From Octopus bimaculoides (lineage: Eukaryota), in assembly GCF_001194135.2 (NCBI RefSeq), contig NC_068997.1, forward strand, positions 35,707,673 through 35,745,364: a stretch of 37,692 nt of DNA. The letters are read 5' to 3'. Below the pieces are notes generated by a model. That model was not told where the DNA came from, searched no databases, and saw nothing but the letters and a program-made list of their open reading frames with translations. The first letter of the stretch is position 1; each line of letters starts with the position of its first letter. The position numbers and the translations under genes are program-made. Shown in pieces: positions 33,050-37,692 of the stretch.

Positions 33050-36045
33050 ATGGCCTCTCTTAACATTGGATGTTTAAATGTGCGTGGTCTGTGTTCAAAG
33101 TGGAAGCAGGCATGTTTCCTCGACAACCTCAGATCGCACGATACACATGTGACGGTTGCTACAGAGACCAAGCTGGACAGTCTACAGACCTTCTCGCCTC
33201 TCCTGAATGGCTATGACAAAATCATGTCTCCTGGCCAGACCGGGGGACGAGGGGGTGTAGTGGTACTGATCCGCAATGGCTTGGCTCTGCAGACAAGTAC
33301 AGTCTATGTGGACCCTGAAGGTAGGCTGGTCGTCCTTGATGTGACATACAGCAGTAAGGCCTTCAGGCTGATCGGACTCTACGCACCATGCGCTAGAGGT
33401 TTCCAAACTGACTTTTATCGGCGCCTAGAGGGCTTTCTCGTGACGTCGAAGACATTAGTGGTGTTAGGGGACTTCAACGCTATTGTTGACGCTCGTATCG
33501 ATAGCGTCGGCTCGATTGATAGAAAAGTGAACTCACACCTCGTCGATCTGCTTAAGCGATTTCAACTGGCAGACCGTTACAGGCTTGAACATCTGAACAT
33601 GCCAGAGTGGACCTGGATGAGTGGCGACGGAAGGTTCAAGTCTTACCTAGACAGGATAGTAATAAGAATTATAGATAAGCCTAGTTTTACTTGTCCACAA
33701 CTTGTCCAAGTGTGCTACACTGACCATAGAATGGATAAGTGTAGGTTGGACGTAGATAGTACAACTAGTAGAGGACCCGGCTACTGGAAGCTGAACAAGA
33801 CTATTTTGACTTGTGAGGCATACCGTAGTCGGATTAGGGAGTTAGTACAGAGGGCGTTAACCGGTACCGTGGTTAACAACCGGTGGTGGTTCGCCCTCAA
33901 AAGAGCCATTTGTTTCAAGTCCATAAGGTTTAGCAAACAGCTAAGACTAGATAGGACTGGCGTAGAAGGGCAGCTAGTGAAGAACTCAGAAGAGGCGCTG
34001 AGGTTGGGCTCTGCATCCCACATTCTGGCAGTGAGAACGGCATTGGACCGTCACCTCAAAACCAAACATGAGGGGTGTAGAGTACGGGCTAAAGAGAGAG
34101 CATTGGGCCGTGAGGGAATTAACGTTGCCGGATGGGCCCGCACGGTAGAAACCCAGCGTGGCAACGGCGTCACAGTAAGGTCTCTTGTTATCGAAAAAGG
34201 ACGCATGGTCAAAGAACAGGACGAGATGTACGAAGCGCTTCACGAACACTTTGCCAAGTTGTTCGGGAGGAGTGGGACCCTGGATCATGGTGAGGCCCTT
34301 AGGGACTTCCTGTCTGGCAGCCCACATCACTCGGCAAGGAAGGCTGAGTGTTGTGAAGGGCCAATCACAGCCGAGGAGGTGATCAAGGTGCTGGGCGAAT
34401 GCCCTGGGGACAAGTCGCCGGGTCTCGATGGTCTGCCCTATGAATTTTATAAAAGTATGCCAGACTTGTTCGGGCACCAACTGGCCTGTGTTTACGCTAA
34501 CTGGCAGCAGAATGGGAGAATTCCCAAGTCTGCGAGCCTGGGGGCAGTGACGTTGATCAGAAAGAACCCGAGCAAGGGAGACGAGATAGGGAACTTTAGG
34601 CCCATAACTCTGTTAGACACAGAGTTAAAGATTTTGGCCAAGGTGCTAGCGAAAAGGTTGGCGCGGGTCGTGGGCGAACTTGTTGGGGAAGCACAAACTT
34701 GTGCTATCCCGGGCAGGTCGATCCATGACAAACTCCACTTTATACGCTACTCCTTAGAGAGGGTAAGGAAACTTTATGGCTTAACAGGAGGGGCACTGGT
34801 GCATTTAGACCAGTGTAAGGCGTTTGATAGGGTCGACCATCGGTAGTTGGCGGCGGTCCTCTAGAAGGCTGGCCTAGGCCCGACCTTCCGCAGTTGGATT
34901 GCTGCTTTGTACAGAGACATCGAGTCTGTCGTCAAGGTGAACGGGTTCTTTTCGGAACCGTTCAGGATCGAACGTTCAGTTCGTCAGGGGTGTCCCCTAT
35001 CCCCGCTTCTGTATGTGTTGGCTCTGGAGCCATTACTGCAGAAGTTGGAGGCACTAGGGGGCGCTCTGCTTGATCTATGGTGTGGAAGGAGAGCTACAGC
35101 GTACGCGGATGACATCTCCATCATCGTGGCGGATGAAGGCCAGATTCCAGTGGTGGAAAAGGCCATCAAAAGTTACGAGGCGGTGGCAGGAGCAAAGGTC
35201 AACAAGGACAAGTCGGTCAGTTTGCAACTCAGCACCTGGAGGATCAAGCCGATGGCGTCCAATAACGTTGTGGGGCGTTGGACGCAAGGTCCTGTTAAGT
35301 TGCTCGGAGTCTGGATAGGTCCAGACCTCCAGATAGAGAAAAATTGGAGCGAGGTGGCCAGCAAGGTGACTGCTCTAACCCAGACCTGGTCTGGACGGGC
35401 ATTATCCTTGCTAGGAAGGGCGGAGGTGGTGCAGATGTTTATAGCATCAGTAATTACCTACCGCCTGACCATGGTGCCTTGCCCCGATTTGTGGATGAAC
35501 AAGTTGGAGAGAATCCTTTTCCGCTTTTTGTGGAAAGGAGGAAAACCACTTGTAAAGCGCTCTGTCTGCTGCCAGAAACCGCTAAAGGGTGGGCTAGGGA
35601 TGCCTTGGCTGAGATGCGAAAATTCGCGTTAAGGTTGAGGCACCTCTGGCTTTACCTGGATGGAAAACAAGTGTGGTCACCACACGTTCGTTTCTTCCTC
35701 CCCCAGTTAGTGTCCTTAACGGACATTGGTACATGGATTAAGCAGAGACCTAAGCTGGGAGACTGGCATTTGGAGTACCGCCCAGCGCTCCAGCTACTCT
35801 CTTGAGCGGGCAATGCCGGCAGCAGGAGTTCCACTGCGGACTTTTATAGTGGGTTAGTGGGATCTATGCCAGAAGATGCCTTGGGGGACACCCTAGGCTA
35901 CAATGAAAGTCAGTTGGTCAGCCTGTTTAGGAGAACATTCGGGCCGGGGTATCTGGATAATTACCAGAAATCCCTGGCTTGGCAATGTTTCCGAGCGGCG
36001 TTACCTGTTCGTGAGAAGTTGTCAAGGCACGGAAGTGCTGTCTGA
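33050..36045 (+). pseudogene. LINE ORF2 (APE endonuclease plus reverse transcriptase), disrupted
   Basis: LNVRGL, VLGDFNA, SYLDRI, TDH; KSPGLDGLP, FRPITLL, LDQCKAFDRVDH, RQGCPLSPLLY, YADD. In-frame TAG at 34844 and 34862, later frameshifts, and the C-terminal Zn finger is missing. Confidence 0.93.
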
Positions 36046-36197
36046 AACGCAATGATCCTTGTGTCTAATTTTTACACTAATTTTTAATCATATTATTTTT
36101 GTAAAGAAAAACGTTTAAGTTACTCCCCCTTATGTTTGTCTGTCCTTGTTCATCCCCTCTTTTTAATGCCTTCATGGCAAATCGCTAATGAAATAAA

Positions 36198-36366
36198 GTA
36201 GCTTGCATACCAACCACATGGTTCCGGGTTCAGTCCCACTGCGTGGCACCTTGGGCAAGTGTCTTCTACTATAGCCTCGGGGCCGACCAATGCCTTGTGA
36301 GTGGATTTGGTAGACAGAAACTGAAAGAAGCCCGTCATATATATGTATATATATATATATATATAT
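36198..36366 (+). mobile_element. tRNA-derived SINE (5'-truncated) with (TA)n tail
   Basis: B-box-like GGTTCAGTCC, then GGCACCTTGGGCAAGTG and GAAACTGAAAGAAGCCCGTC. Paralog at 15290-15420. Confidence 0.75.
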
Positions 36367-36951
36367 NNNNNNNNNNNNNNNNNNNNNNNNNNNNNNNNNN
36401 NNNNNNNNNNNNNNNNNNNNNNNNNNNNNNNNNNNNNNNNNNNNNNNNNNNNNNNNNNNNNNNNNNNNNNNNNNNNNNNNNNNNNNNNNNNNNNNNNNNN
36501 NNNNNNNNNNNNNNNNNNNNNNNNNNNNNNNNNNNNNNNNNNNNNNNNNNNNNNNNNNNNNNNNNNNNNNNNNNNNNNNNNNNNNNNNNNNNNNNNNNNN
36601 NNNNNNNNNNNNNNNNNNNNNNNNNNNNNNNNNNNNNNNNNNNNNNNNNNNNNNNNNNNNNNNNNNNNNNNNNNNNNNNNNNNNNNNNNNNNNNNNNNNN
36701 NNNNNNNNNNNNNNNNNNNNNNNNNNNNNNNNNNNNNNNNNNNNNNNNNNNNNNNNNNNNNNNNNNNNNNNNNNNNNNNNNNNNNNNNNNNNNNNNNNNN
36801 NNNNNNNNNNNNNNNNNNNNNNNNNNNNNNNNNNNNNNNNNNNNNNNNNNNNNNNNNNNNNNNNNNNNNNNNNNNNNNNNNNNNNNNNNNNNNNNNNNNN
36901 NNNNNNNNNNNNNNNNNNNNNNNNNNNNNNNNNNNNNNNNNNNNNNNNNNN

Positions 36952-36992
36952 CAATGATGGTAATAATAATAATAATGATAATAATGGTGATA

Positions 36993-37030
<38 letters not shown>
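36952..37030. repeat. (AAT)n/(GAT)n microsatellite
   Basis: Direct reading. Confidence 0.95.
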
Positions 37031-37031
<1 letters not shown>

Positions 37032-37099
37032 GAGGTTCATTTATTAATAATAGGAGTAAGAACATAATCACAGTAAAAGAGGTAAACCCTCGGAGAATA

Positions 37100-37460
37100 A
37101 AATTTGAAGGACCTAATGCGAAAGTCAAAAATATAATATATCAATGCAAAGTAAAGACTCAAACAGGTACCATGACATACTTGGGATGCACTTCAGGACA
37201 GGTATGTCGTAGAATTTCTAACCATTTCTCATGCTTTAGAGATAGGAAGAAAATGGCTAGCACTAGTCTTAGCAAATACATCTGGGGTCTTAAGGAAAGT
37301 AATAAACAGTATTCATTAGAATGGTCTATAATAGATCAATGGTCTATAATAGATCAATGCCATATGAGAGAGGAAGAAAATATTGTTCGCTCTGTACCGT
37401 GGAACTATACCACATACTCTTCTCTAAGGATAAATTGATTAATAAAGTAAAGAATAATGC
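37100..37460 (+). mobile_element. Penelope-like GIY-YIG endonuclease remnant
   Basis: IIYQCKVKTQTGTMTYLGCT..RRISNH..FR..TSLSKYIWGLK..WSII, then PYERGRKYCSLC..E..IL..LINK. An 18-bp tandem duplication at about 37320-37357 shifts the frame. Confidence 0.85.
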
Positions 37461-37539
37461 TCTGAAATGTACGCATATCATAAGAAGTACATTTTGTTGG
37501 TATAAATGATCTTAAGATGTGATGAAGTACAGCATGATG

Positions 37540-37692
37540 TCTCATGTATGTTTGTGTATGTGCAATTATGCATATATGGATGAGTGCATATAAGTGTGTG
37601 TGTGTGTATATATGAAAGATATGCATATATATGTACATATATATGTGTGTGTAAGTGTGTGTGTGTATGTATATATATATATATATATATAT
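37540..37692. repeat. TG/TA-rich microsatellite region
   Basis: Direct reading. Confidence 0.9.

Larger units (their letters stand above)
31830..36197 (+). mobile_element. L1/Tx1-clade LINE, near full length, inactivated
   Basis: Frameshifted ORF1 with a CCHC knuckle, ORF2 with EN and RT domains, and a 3' UTR-like tail ending AATAAA at about 36191-36196. Confidence 0.88.

Noticed and set aside
33182-35834. Antisense and alternate-frame ORFs overlapping LINE ORF2 (also those over the Helitron, e.g. 5036-5407)
   Set aside because: Shadow ORFs of TE coding sequence with no independent motifs.

Overview
Eukaryotic, AT-rich genomic DNA with assembly gaps (N at 20926-20935, 24695-25685, 27007-27298, 36367-36951). 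It consists almost entirely of decayed transposable elements and microsatellites. The repeat families look like those of a cephalopod (Octopus-like) genome; this is an inference from recalled repeat families, not a database result. Recognisable content: three RTE-clade LINE pieces, a large decayed Helitron RepHel gene with an intron, two non-autonomous Helitrons, two DD36E Tc1-like transposons, a Tc1/mariner MITE, a hAT(Buster) non-autonomous element with a perfect TSD, two non-autonomous LTR (Gypsy-type) structures primed by tRNA-Trp, a Gypsy integrase, three Penelope-like pieces, CR1-like remnants, SINEs and a near full-length but broken L1/Tx1-clade LINE. One plausible host first coding exon lies on the minus strand next to a CpG-rich patch. 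No intact autonomous element, RNA gene or CRISPR array is present. Most interesting observations: (1) tandem arrays of tRNA-Trp primer-binding sites behind LTRs, plus a second tRNA-Trp-like segment inside the LTR; (2) a U5 stem in a second LTR family preserved by compensatory changes; (3) a ~185-aa Thr-rich in-frame insertion splitting the GIY and YIG motifs of a Penelope endonuclease; (4) a PHD finger inside the RTE reverse transcriptase; (5) DD36E (Incomer-like) transposases.
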